Shown here piece after piece: positions 11,923 through 24,335 of a stretch of DNA of 64,000 nt; position 1 is the first letter of the stretch, and the number at the start of each line of letters is the position of its first letter. Source of the stretch: Adineta vaga (Eukaryota > Animalia > Rotifera); the NCBI GenBank assembly GCA_021613535.1, contig CP075492.1, forward strand, positions 1,736,001-1,800,000, written 5' to 3'. The position numbers were made by a program, and so were the translations under genes. A model generated the notes under the pieces. The model saw only the letters and a list, made by a program, of their open reading frames with translations, was not told where the DNA came from and did not search any database.

Positions 11923-14043
11923 TTATGAAGTAAAATATTTTCTACCAATAATATCAGTGTCAAAATGATTATGCTCTTCGAATGTATTTGGAAAGAATTG
12001 AATTTGTTTTGTTGAACTATCAATCATACAAACAATCCAAAATGTCGCATTCGGACGTGTTACTTCTGGTATATGATGAATTTCGCCATTGATTAACTTA
12101 TCTTGAGAACCAACTTTACTGATGTGTGTTTTTTCTGTATCTAAATAAAACGTGATTTTTGCTTTCGATTGAGTCAATTTCGGTTCAGGTGAATAACGAT
12201 GAACAGCATAAACATATTTTAAATTGGGTTGAAGAGTAAATGTGATCGTTTCCGGGCCAAATCCAGTTGTCACATCACAATCTAATGTCATATCTTTATC
12301 ATCTTTATTTTGAAAATAGACATGTTTTCCATCGGATGAGTACAAATGTGAATCTAAATCTCGTGGTTCTGCATTCCATTCAAGTACGATATGCATTTGA
12401 TTTGATTCCAAATCACTTCGTCCTAGAAATTTATTCAAAACATTCTGTCGTCGATTTTGAAAAATAACCATGATGAATTTTAAATGTTGAAGTTTGGGAT
12501 TATTCGGCGAATGAACTTCTACTTGATAAGATCCATCGGGTAGATTATCGGGGAGAGTTATTAAACCATTTTGATCTGTTGTACCTGTAAAAACTACGGA
12601 ATCTTTTCCAACACATTTCAATGTAATAATTCCACCAATTACAATATTATTAATAGAATCACGAATAGCAAATTGTTTTGGAACACATATTTCGATTTCC
12701 GGAACAACATTTAACAATGTTTCAGTGATAATATGCTGAGAATCTTGGGAATAGATTATTAATTTATATGTTCCATAGTTGTTTATATCATACGGATCAT
12801 CAATAATTGGTTTTGTCACTAAAGCATTTCTATCGGGATGATAAAACGTTAAAAAATGAACACTAGAAGAATGTGGACCTGTGGACGAATTTGGAAGCGA
12901 TATTTTCGTTGTTGGAATATGCGGTTTACTCCGATCTAGCTCAATAACTATCGGTGTACTTGACTGAATCACGGGAATGTCTAGAGTTGATGACGTTGAT
13001 ACAACTATGGGAATTTTTGTAACATTTTCTGGGATATTCAGTAATTGATCTTGAGTAACCAATGATTGTTGAGCGAAATTGTTTTGTGGAGATGAAATTG
13101 TTGAGGATGATTGGTGCATTATTTTGTTTAATAAATGACGTTGTTCACTTCGTTGTTCTAATGTGATTTGTAGATCTTTGATGTTGAGCGCTTGTTTTTG
13201 TGCAGAATTTGAAGACGAAGAAGAAATAGAAATTGATTTCTTTTGTTCAATTAATAATCGGAGTTTCTTCTTTTCTCCATAGGTAATCATCAGATTTTTA
13301 TAATCGTCGTCTTCGAAATTCATCAAATCAATACCAGAAACTCGTTCCTTTTTAAATTTTTCTGCTAATGAACGCAGATTTTCATCATAGCGAATTAAAA
13401 ATTCATACAATTCATTGTACGAGAATTTTTCTAAATGTTCAACTGATAATGCAGTTGATACTGAAAACGGTTGTGTATCTCGTCGATTATTGGTGTTTGA
13501 TCGTTCGGCCAATTTTTCGGTTGATGAAAATATTTTTACTCGATTATAACTAGTTGATTGCGCATTAAGGGATTCTGTCGACGAGATCATTTTCGACCAA
13601 GTTTCACTAGTGACTTGTTTATCAAGCATTTCACTTGATCTTGAAAGCGTTTTCTTTTGAATAGTATCAGTTGATAAATTCGACAAGAATTCTATGATGT
13701 AGTTACCGGAATATATTCATAGAAATAAAGTGAAAATGAACATTTACTTGATAGATATGCAGCTTCGAGGTGATCCATTTGATCTGTATGTTGTTTTGCG
13801 AGCAAAGTCGAATCCTTCATTGGTGGTAGTCCAATCGCGATCATTTTATGTGAATTTAAATGATTTTGTGTCTCTTTCTTAGCGTTATAACATGTCAAGC
13901 ATAGGTCATAATCCGGGCAGATTTGACATTTATAACGAGTCGTACAGAATTCATTTGCATTACAACCATCGCAACAAACACCTGAAATAGAAAATTATCG
14001 TTCACATAGCGAGAAAATCGATCTTGCCGTAGTGCTTTGACAT
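11923..14043 (-). CDS. ZZ zinc finger + SAM-like + Cna-B/carboxypeptidase-regulatory-like + YfaP/DUF2135-like protein; 3 exons (14043-14028, 13981-13748, 13691-11923)
   Basis: HYGVCCDGC...RYKCQICPDYDLCLTCY...H...H (ZZ); FKKERVSGIDL...LMITYGEKKKL (SAM); LEWNAEPRDLDSHL...LDCDVTTGFGPETI...YAVHRYS (YfaP-like). Introns are GC-AG (46 nt) and GT-AG (56 nt) and restore the frame. Confidence 0.8.
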
Positions 14044-14323
14044 GATGTTTGAATCGAGTTATTTCGTTGAAATTACACTAAATTGAAGAAAAAAAAACGT
14101 TGTAGATTTTTCTGATCGATCGATCAAGATTGATGTTGGTGGCATATTTAAAGTGTTCTGTTGCAAGACAATCAACGCCATGGTATTTATAATAAATACT
14201 CACCTTTAATCGTTCGCTTTGAATAAGAACGCACATGAGACGCCAAAAAAAAATCAGAAATACTACTCGTTCGCTGTTTTTGTTATTTAACCGAGAAAGA
14301 AAAAAATCCAGTTGACACTCTCA

Positions 14324-14378
14324 GCAGGGGGAAACGGCAGATTTCGTACTCCCAGGAATTCACCGTTTTCCCCTTTGC
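14324..14378. repeat. Short GC-rich inverted repeat between divergent genes
   Basis: gcagggggaaacgg...ccgttttcccctttgc. Confidence 0.4.
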
Positions 14379-14725
14379 AATGTTAATGTGTTGTGTTGGG
14401 ACATTTAAATTAATACTTCGATAAAAAACAAGAGAAACTTTAATTTCGTGCAAAATAATCTGAGAGTTTTTATATATCATTTCCTATATCACATTTTCGT
14501 ACATATCATATAAATGACAGTTGTTGTATACTTTCCTTTTGCGTTTCTGTCATTACAGTAGATAAGAACATTATTTATCCAGAGATAGTTATATTTCATA
14601 TAGAAGACGAGATGGGAAATTCCCATTTATTCTATGTACGAAGTTCTGACATGTATAAATACCGTTGATATATCATCATAGAGATGAAAACATAGAGAAA
14701 ACGGCTATTTTCTACGTATTAAATT

Positions 14726-16980
14726 ATGTCTGGCATTTTTATTGGAATTTTCTTTCTCTTGAATACGGCATATGTCCATTCTAATACACCTAGTGTTCGA
14801 GAAACAAAAGGTAAACAACAATTTTTGCACACGGTTTGACATAGATATTCGACTTTTTTTTAAAAAGATCTTGACCCGACATTGAAAAAGCCAATTCTCA
14901 ACGCTTTAATGGAAAGAACTGAAGTTGATTCCAGTTGGGAAGAGTCGATGATGGTCGCACCTATGACAATACAGTTATTAGCACAGTTGCTCATTGTTTC
15001 AAGCACAAAGGATGTATCCTTTCGTGCATTTTCACCTACTCGCAATTTTACTTATATTAAAAATCCAAATTCGTTTCGAGCCACACTTTTACAAGTGTCA
15101 CACGGTAAATCACAAAACCCTATTCGTAACAAGTTCTAGTAGATGACTCTGTTTCTATTGCAGAAGGTTACAAAGCATTTTTGAGTGGACATTCAACGAT
15201 GCATGTGATCCAGCTAAGAATGATCCAAATACCAAAGCATATTAAGACTGCATTGAAACTTCTTGCAGGAAAGTTTCCTCAACGTACTCTGGTTCGTTTA
15301 TTACCAAAAGTGTTGAAGAATATTGAAGATACCGGTAACGAATGTGCCACAGCAACAAATAATACAAGAATTGAATTCGAGCGAGTAATGGATCTTCTCG
15401 CAGAAGTAATTCAAACAACAGTCGAAACACAGTCCACTCATGAACAACAAGTAGAACAAAATGAAAGAGAATTGAAGGTACTACGCGAACAGAAAGAAGG
15501 CTTAGAAAAACAAGAGAAATTACGTGCAGAATATCATAAACAAGCTACGGAAGCAGCAAACAAAGCTGACTTAGCCTATTACAAAGCATTGCAGGAGATA
15601 CCGACAGGATTTAAAGCTGTACTAAGGGATTTCGTTCGTGGTATACTCAAAACTGTGAATATTGTCGCCGAATCAGCGGCTACCATGTTGACTGGTTCTA
15701 TGATGAGAAGATCATCGGTGGGTTTTATTCGAGGCTCGGCAGGATTCACGAGAAATACTGAAAATCAGAAACCACTTTCATTTGGTCTATGTGAAACACT
15801 CAACATGGCAGACAAATTTTCAAGTACATTACAAAAATTTCAAAATTCCTTTCTAAACGACAATTCAAACATCAAAGGAATAGAAAGCTATAGTACTGCA
15901 TTTAAAATGTTTCGAGAGTTCATTGCGGATCTACCGGCAAATTCTGCTAAAGCACAGGTGATTGGGCTCATACAGCGCGCTGAGCGACTTTCAAACGAAG
16001 CAATTGCCAATGCAAAACAAATATCCGCAAACAATGAGACTAGCACAGAATTAGAAAATAAACTGGCTACACTTGTTCAACAATCTACTACATTTCAAAC
16101 TGCAAATCAGCTTGCAGATCTCAAAACTGCGTCGCACGCTCTTTCAACTGTCGGAAATAGTAATAATTATCATGCAGATGACTCCTCACAAAATGAAGTT
16201 CTGAAAGCACAAATTGCTCAAAGTACAATGGTAGAAATGCGTCGTCGTCAAGACGAACAGACTGCTGAGTATATGAAATTGCTTGACCATCTGCACAAAA
16301 CACAAGCGAAGATGGTCTCACTTGATCTGACAACTGTTCATTATAAAGATATCATCGCCATGTTACGTGAAGCATTTGAATTGCTCAGTCAAATCGATGA
16401 ACAATGGAAAAAATTCGTACTTTTCTTTACGAAAATGTCAATTTATATCACTGATATGATCAAAGGTCCGTTGAAACGGTTCCTTCAGTTTGCCGGTGAA
16501 GGCCAGGAACTAGACCATGCCTTGCGATTGGCTTTGATAGATATACTGAAAGAGGATACATTTGGTATTCATCGTGAAGCATATATTCTCTACGTTATGT
16601 CAAAAACCTATTACGAAGTGTCAAGTAAACATTTGATGGGTCGACTCGCTGGTCTTTCCAGTATGCTTAATGCTCGAAGCACCGAGGAACGCATCGCGTT
16701 AGTACAACGTCTCCAGATCCAAACAAATGAGACTCTGAATCAAATAAATTCTCTCATCCGCGAACGCAAGGAAACATTCGATCAAGAATTCAATAAGCGA
16801 AATACAGAACTCACGACGCTCATCAATGAATTAGGTGGACCAAACATTAATGCTCAAAAAACGATCGAAGAAGCCAAACGTTTGATTGGTCAACAAGGAG
16901 ATTCAAAGAAGAACAATAAACTTGAAACTGTAGTGAAGGCACCTGTCGAAGATGTCGATGCTGCATGGGGCGATACATAA
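14726..16980 (+). CDS. Secreted long alpha-helical/coiled-coil protein (712 aa), hemolysin/ClyA-like alpha-PFT candidate; exons 14726-14810, 14868-15104, 15164-16980
   Basis: Signal peptide MSGIFIGIFFLLNTAYVHS; two GT-AG introns keep the frame. WEE....AP..I..L...S..D.SF...Y...P.SFRA.L.QV...G..AF...H..M..I motif recalled from a patchily distributed uncharacterised family (zgc:162509-like). Confidence 0.75.
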
Positions 16981-17634
16981 TCACAGTTCTGAGTTGCCCG
17001 TTATCGAAGAATCAATATTAAATTAGTTTTTTCCCCTATGCTGCATTTTTTGTCATTTATATTCTTATTTTTCCTTTTCATTTCACCCGCTACTTTGAAA
17101 GCATTAAATAAACTTACCAAGAACTTCTGCTTTTCAAATTTGATGTCAAATAAAAATTCTTTTTTCTTTATAGAGCCGAGAATGTGGGCAATAGTTGTTA
17201 CTTGAAATTTTCTGTTATGTAAATCCGAAGGTGAAACGAAAAATAAATCACAATTGTTGTTGGACTGTTTGAAATATTCGTTCAAGATACCAAGTAAGTT
17301 CATAGCGATTGGTGATTGTGCCATAACCGAAACCATTGTACTCTCAAAATATTATTTATTCAAGACTTTTGACTTCATAAAATATATATGCGTAATAGTT
17401 AGAAAATTATTCATTTGACCTTTTGTGCAAATCATTTGTCTCCGTTATCATTTCCAATTAAATAAAATATATTCGATGTGCATGTAACACGATCTTTGTA
17501 TTATGACTTTTAGTTAGATAAAGCTCATTCATCACTTCCTATCTTCTTTCGAATGTAATTCAACTCTCTTCCTTTGCAACACAGACATATAAACGAAACA
17601 ACACTACCAATATGACGTTGTATTTAGAAAAGTG

Positions 17635-19320
17635 ATGAATCGAACGATGTCAACAGTTTTACTCAATTTTCTTTTCCTTTTTTGTTGTTTCCAAGTTCAA
17701 GTAACGACGGCATCTTCTTCCATCAAACAGCAATTGGTAGAAACAGTTGTACCTCCATATCGTACAGCGTACACAACATTGAATGAAGAGATTGTAGAAA
17801 AACTATTAACAGTCGATGCCGAAAGTGATCAAGCAAGTATTCAAGAGTTGGTCCACTCGCTTATATGTGCCGCGAAGAATGTTCATAACCAATTACATAA
17901 AGCTACTCAAGCCACTGAAAAGCTGCGTACTGCTGTCGATAAACAGATCATTCAATTGGTTCTTTCAGTATCGAATCAAGAAGAACAAATACGCCAAATT
18001 CAAGAAGCCATTCATCAAGCCAATAATAATATTCATTCCGCACAACTTCAAATCAATATGGCTCAGACAGATGTACACCATAGTCAACACTCATTAAGTT
18101 TCGCCAATCAAGCAGTCATAGATGCAGAGGAAACGGTTAGACAAGCTCGTATGTGTAATATGGGACGACGTAGAAAGCGTTTTCTCGGCAGTCTTCTTCG
18201 AGAATTGAATCCTGTTCGAATCTTCCGTAATGTAATTGGTAAACCATTGTGTAGTGTGATTAATTCGGGTGGTATCGATAATGCTAAAGAAAGGCGAGCA
18301 TTGGCACAGCACAATCTACATCAAGCTCATGAACGCCTTCATCAACATCAACAAAACTTGGCCAATCAACAAGCGCTTTATCATAGAGTTCAAGCACAAC
18401 TCAATGACGCCAATACTAAATTGGCGACGACTACATCCAAACTAAATGAACAACGAACTGAACAATCATTGATAACATCAGTGGAGCAGCAATTGAAGAA
18501 TGTCGAAATACATCTCAAGAACGTCTTTGGTTCATCGACTGTACTTCGAAATACGATCGTTCAATTGGTAGATTTTGACACGGTCATCGAACCTCTCAAT
18601 AATATCTATCATGAAATGCTCAACAATAGTATAATGGAATCGGTTGGATTTGAGATTTCTTCTGAGACCACTAATCAAATCAACACAAATTTGAAACAAT
18701 TGGCTGATAAATTACCTCAAATGCCGATTAATAGTCAACCGGATTCGAGTGAAGAAGAAGGTTCTGATTGCAAGTTATCTCCAGATTCTGAAGAATCTTC
18801 TACTTCCATATCTACAGATTCTCCGTCAACTAATTCTGAATCAGGTATGTCACATGATAAAAATGAGAAACTAGTTAGAAGTTCATCGTAGTCGAAGTAT
18901 TCTTTTCGGACTTTAAAAAATGAAGATTAGTTTTTAACAAACAGATGCATAATAAAGACTGTTGCATGCATATGAACTTATTATGTCTTTCTAGAGGAAT
19001 ACGAAACAAGAGATCCATATGCGCCAATTGGACCAATCGACTGCCCACCACTATCGAATACGTACAGTGTGAATATACAATCTTTCTCGTACAGCAGTGA
19101 TTCGAAAGAATTTCAAGAAGCTACAGAACGGGCAAAATCGAAGTTTTATACCTGTTTGAAAGATCCACCTGCGGCAAGACCATACCAAGCAACCTTTATG
19201 CAAATCAGAAGAACAATTGATATAGATAATCAATATACTGAGAAAGAAATTCAACAATGTAATAATGTGCCAGAATGTATTCAAAAAGTTTGGATTACAT
19301 ATTACTTTGCAAAAGCATAG
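17635..19320 (+). CDS. Secreted coiled-coil hairpin protein with central furin site; exons 17635-18844, 18995-19320
   Basis: Signal peptide, heptad repeats, C-NMG-RRRKR-FLGSLL...LC. A phase-1 GT-AG intron (18845-18994) joins the Ser-rich linker to ORF 19069-19320 in frame. Confidence 0.75.
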
Positions 19321-19554
19321 TAAATGACGGCCGTTCTTAAACTAATAATACATCTACAATCAAGGAAATGATGAAAAGGTTACAATTTATGAATAAATCT
19401 GTATCACTATTCTAAAAAAATTTAGTTTGTCCAAGACAGATTAATAGAAACATTGTTTTCATCTAAAAAGTGAGGATATGGATATTGTCTCTTACCGTAG
19501 TCCATACCATCGTCATTTCAATTAGTACGTGATACTTTTTTTATAGAAATACTT

Positions 19555-19613
19555 CTTGAGAGTGTGGGTATGGGTAAAGCAGAGAGACTCCACACCCACA
19601 CCCACACCCTCAA
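19555..19613. repeat. Telomere-like cassette #9
   Basis: cttgagagtgtgggtatggg-taaagcagagagact-ccacacccacacccacaccctcaa. Confidence 0.88.
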
Positions 19614-19955
19614 CTGAGTTGCACCGTAGTCGAATGAATAAATCTTATTTGTACGACAAGCAGATCTGTCATTCAGAATAGGAACGAGAGAAGTAACTTT
19701 GATAGTTTCTTTCGTCGCAGAATAGGCATGGAAAGCCATCCTTCTCTCTTCATTCCTTTCCATCGATTCAATGGGAACTTCTGACGCTAAAATATCCTTT
19801 CTTGAACAATTGCGCATCAACACAGTCCAACTTCTTCTTAAAAGAAATAGGAGATTCTCTTTATTCGGCATTCAGACCGTTTCTCAGAAAAGAGAATAAC
19901 AACGGTGAACCGAAATTAATCTGTGTGTATTGGTTAATGAGTCGGACGAAGCGGA

Positions 19956-20008
19956 TTGAGGGTATAGGTGTCGAATGAAGAGAATACTCTCACCCATACC
20001 CTCAAGAT
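19956..20008. repeat. Telomere-like cassette #10 (spacer class A)
   Basis: ttgagggtataggtg-tcgaatgaagagaatactct-cacccataccctcaagat. Confidence 0.82.
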
Positions 20009-20089
20009 GAATTACTCGTTCGATGGGAAGACAAACTTGTTCGCGAGCTATGTTTCGTATTCATCATGATCGTCATAGAAGTGTTTTAA

Positions 20090-22057
20090 TTATTGCACAA
20101 GAACGTAAAGCATCAAAAGAAAGTAGAACAAGAAGAGTCTGCTATGGTTTTGAAAAACAGATGAAACACCAATACTCGAAGGAGTATCAATGACCATGAA
20201 GCGAATCTTTGATGGCCGATCAGATGGATAAAATATTGTTTGAGTGGCCACTACAGGTGTTTGTATATCATCGCCAATGGGACCACCAGTATTGGGATTG
20301 GCACTCAACCATGGATAGAAGCTACTAGTAATTGCCAATCTTATACGGTGTTGTGGAAGAAAAGTATGTCCCAGTTGGTTTAAGTTGATACTAATCGAGT
20401 AATTCGACCCAGGCGTCATCAGCATTTCACGATCGAATCCGTGACGATAACGTAATCGAAGTTGAGTAGAAAAACCAGCACCGAGCTTGATTGAACGACC
20501 ATCGGGCATGACATCCATGAGTTGAATGACTAAATCAGTGTCTCGAGCTGTACTGGAAAACATCACTTCCACAATTGCATCACCAACTACGGTCACAGAT
20601 TTGTCAAGTTTGTCACTCGTATAAACAAGGATATCATCCCGATCGAGAATACCATTAATATTCACAGGATATTCATATGAATTGTTACCCATTTCGATAA
20701 ACACCGGATTCATTGGGTCATAGACAAAACTATCCGATCCAACATCCTTCGGTAATGTCCATTGTAATCGTCCAGCGCCCCCGATGCTATTCGCCTTCGC
20801 TTCACTAGTCAAAAACAGCGATAGTTCGTGTGCTTCTTCGGGCGGGAAAGTGTTGGGAGTGATCCATAGATTGCTTCCTGTAATAAAGAGTCGAATTGGA
20901 TGCCAATCAGGTCGTATTTGATCTTTCAAACACCAATCGTAGAAAACACGAGTCATATCTCTCGCTCGTAAAAGTCCATTCTCGGGAATTGGAATATCGC
21001 CGACATTTGGAACAGGGAGATCTGTTAAATAGTCATAACCACCATCGACCGCTGTGGCATGACTGTAAGGTCCAACGATAAGGAAATGATCGGTTTTACG
21101 AGGAGAATATTCGATCACTCCTTGATAGTGTTCGATTGTCCCTGTCAATGTACTATCAAACCAACCCGTAAAAGCAAGGGTTGGAATATCGATCTTTCCA
21201 AAATCAGTGGGAGTATAAGCAAGTAAACGCCAAAACTCATCATACGTGGGATGATCAAAGAAAGTACGATACAATGGTAATTGCCGACCTATGGCAAACA
21301 CATCCAATGTACGTAGAGGTCGATGATTGAGCCACATTCGAGGATCTGGATGAGGATCCACTGCTGGTGGATAGTTAATGTTCAAAATCAATCCAATCCA
21401 GTTAAGTCCCCAATTGAGTGTAAAAGCGCCATTCTCATAAGGAACTTCGTGCATCGGTCCTGCTGGAGTTGCACTGGGTGTAATACAGGATAAATGAGGT
21501 GGTTTTTCACTTGCTGTAGACCATTGATTCTCACCAGAATACGAAGCTCCACGCATTGCAATACGTCCATTTGACCATGATTGACGTGCCAGCCATTCAA
21601 TCAAATCATAGCCATCTTTACCTTCAAGAGCGAGATAAACAAAATCTCCTCCTGAATCACCTGTGCCACGTGCATCAGCAATGGCGAATGCATATCCATG
21701 TGTAATCCAATAGTTTGCTTCATTACGAAAATTGGGTCGATGAAGACCACGACCATACGGAGTGATCTCGACAATGCAAGGAAATTGACCTGTGGTCGAA
21801 GGCACGAAATAATCTATGGCAAGCTGAACACCATCCCGCATTGGTACTCGGATTGTGACAAAAGCAGATTCAGCATCTGAATTGATTGACGCTTTCGCTA
21901 AACGAAAGAATATATTCAAGACAATCAAAGATTCGAACGTACATGTCATATTTGTCATTGAGTTAACTCGAGGTGTCCAGAGACGTTGACTGGAAAGTGT
22001 TAACAACAGATGGAAAACGTGCACAAATACAAAAACAACACGAAAAGTTCCACTCAT
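20090..22057 (-). CDS. CocE/NonD family alpha/beta hydrolase (peptidase S15) with signal peptide and hydrophobic C-tail
   Basis: VPMRDGVQL, TPYGR, DARGTGDSGG, GASYSG nucleophile, GWFD, GPYSH, PepX_C-like domain. Probable in-frame 45-nt intron at 21942-21898. Confidence 0.9.
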   Translation of the reverse strand: MSGTFRVVFVFVHVFHLLLTLSSQRLWTPRVNSMTNMTCTFESLIVLNIFFRLAKASINSDAESAFVTIRVPMRDGVQLAIDYFVPSTTGQFPCIVEITPYGRGLHRPNFRNEANYWITHGYAFAIADARGTGDSGGDFVYLALEGKDGYDLIEWLARQSWSNGRIAMRGASYSGENQWSTASEKPPHLSCITPSATPAGPMHEVPYENGAFTLNWGLNWIGLILNINYPPAVDPHPDPRMWLNHRPLRTLDVFAIGRQLPLYRTFFDHPTYDEFWRLLAYTPTDFGKIDIPTLAFTGWFDSTLTGTIEHYQGVIEYSPRKTDHFLIVGPYSHATAVDGGYDYLTDLPVPNVGDIPIPENGLLRARDMTRVFYDWCLKDQIRPDWHPIRLFITGSNLWITPNTFPPEEAHELSLFLTSEAKANSIGGAGRLQWTLPKDVGSDSFVYDPMNPVFIEMGNNSYEYPVNINGILDRDDILVYTSDKLDKSVTVVGDAIVEVMFSSTARDTDLVIQLMDVMPDGRSIKLGAGFSTQLRLRYRHGFDREMLMTPGSNYSISINLNQLGHTFLPQHRIRLAITSSFYPWLSANPNTGGPIGDDIQTPVVATQTIFYPSDRPSKIRFMVIDTPSSIGVSSVFQNHSRLFLFYFLLMLYVLVQ

Positions 22058-24259
22058 CTAGAATATCAACGAAATCTTCTAAGATCTACATAACTAACAA
22101 GGAGATGAACAAGTGAAGTCTTCCAATGTCGTTGAAAATAATGACGACAAATCGAATGCCGTATTAACTTTCATCAGTTTTTCTCTCCAACTCGTCAAAT
22201 ATTTGTCCAAGTTGCCAAATAACTACGACTTTTTTGCTTTGACGAGAACAAAAAAACATTTTTCTCTTATATAATGAGGGAGTGTCTCTACCTAAAATAA
22301 AGAAAAAACAACCCTGATAAGCCGTACAGCGTCATAATTCCATGATACTTCAAAGTACAGAACTTTCACTTTTTCTCTCCTGTCAACGTCTCACACCAAC
22401 CTTTATAAAGCGTTTCGTGAGATAAGTAAAGCAAAGAACAGAACAAAATCATTTCATATAACTCAGATTAAAGTAAATAATGTCATTCGCGATGAAGATA
22501 GTGAAAAGTATGAAGTTTTTTATTGTTCATACTCCGCTCTACAGTCCTTAGTTCTTCATATCAGTATGAAAATATTATCACTTTGGCAGGTTTTTTATTT
22601 TTATGATTTTTGAGTCAATCATCGATTGTATCTTTAGCGATATATTTTTAAAATAACATGCAGAACGCACAATAGCAGGTTTTCTTTTATGTACACAAAA
22701 CACTGTCTTATGTATGAAATTTATGATTCTCTTATGTTTAGGTATATGACACTGTGAAAGTTTCGTAGGGGAAATTTAAAAGAAAAACGTTATGCAATGG
22801 TTGTTAACATCTTATAAGTCATCATCGTTTCACGTAAATGTCGACTTGACATTCTCTTTCTTAAGAGTTGACAAAAATCGACTGTTAGTAATCAGCAACG
22901 TGCGTCGTTCTCTATTTCTTACTCATTCATTATTTAAGCAAATAGAAGCATCTATTCGTGTGTCTTTTGCGCATGAAATGCATATCTATTAAACGAATGT
23001 GAATGAGGCTGGTTTTGAATTAGTGGGTGACTAAATCGCATTAGCACGAAATTATTGATGTATTAAGTAAATATTGATGAATTTAATATTAGAATAAGAA
23101 TCAGTAGTACTAACCATAGGATTTCTTGAATTCAGAGTCGTTGTCCCGTTACTAGTTGCCTTTATATCATCTTTTGTCATATGGTTTGTTTGTTTTCCAA
23201 AGTTTATTGGCATCTCAATTTTTATACTGAAAAATGACCGATAATGAAAAGCATTGAAATTACATTATGTGTATAATTCATGTTTTTCGAAATCAGGGAT
23301 TTTGAAAAAAAAACTCATAAGGTTTTCTTTAGATATTTAAGAGCGTTTATATAATTTTTACTGTACAAAAGTTACGCTCATCCAAAGACTCACTCAAAGG
23401 TTTCTGATGAAACCCATATTCCAGCTGCACGACTTCAACTATTCAGCGATGATCTTTTACTCAAAAGTTGTTGTTGTTTTTATTTATCTTCCGATCAATC
23501 AGTGAAAGGCGATTAGACAAACAAGTAAATAATTTATTCTCGCAAACTTTTTTTCTATGAGAATCAGAATAATGTATAACTTTTAGCTCAGTGCATATGT
23601 CTATAAGTTTACAGACGTGTCACTCTCTCATCACAAAATATTCAAAAAAGAATTTCAAATAACTAAAGAAACCTGAAAGAAATATCCATTTCACAAAATT
23701 GATTTCTGTATTTATTCTATGAATAATTATTATCAAATGCAGATTAACTTCTCGATTAATATGAAACAAAACACAAAGCAGAAACTATGTAATTAAGTAC
23801 TCTGGGAAAAAAAGGAGTTTTCCAAAACTATTTTTGGTTCTGTAGTACTTGCGGAACCATTTAAAGTTCTGAATACCATTTTAGAAACCGTCAAAGGTAC
23901 TGATCAACAAAGTTGAACTATGCAGGGTTTTTTATAACTTTTCTGAATGTTTCGGCCGAACTATAGATGGTTTTATCACAGAGATTATTTTGCACCTATT
24001 AGGTTCTGTCCAAATCTAGCAAACACGGAAGCATTCTTCCTAACGAGTACATCATTGTAGAAGTTTCTTCTGACATTCATGTTGCACTTGAAGAGTTCTG
24101 TCTGTTAATACTTAACCGGCCGGACTTTTTATGGAATTATATTGAACCAGAAATGCCATGTCATATAATACAGAGCTTCAGAAGGTCCTGATTATGAAAG
24201 CTTAATCATAGAAAATGTCCGTGTATTCTGTTTAGTTTCTCGATGTTTTACTAAAAAAA

Positions 24260-24294
24260 GAGGGTGTGGGTCTCTTGTATTCACACCCACATCC
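24260..24294. repeat. Telomere-like cassette #11 (spacer class B)
   Basis: gagggtgtggg-tctcttgtatt-cacacccacatcc. Confidence 0.8.
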
Positions 24295-24335
24295 TGATAA
24301 TAAACATAACACACAGTACTAGATAAATTCCTTGG

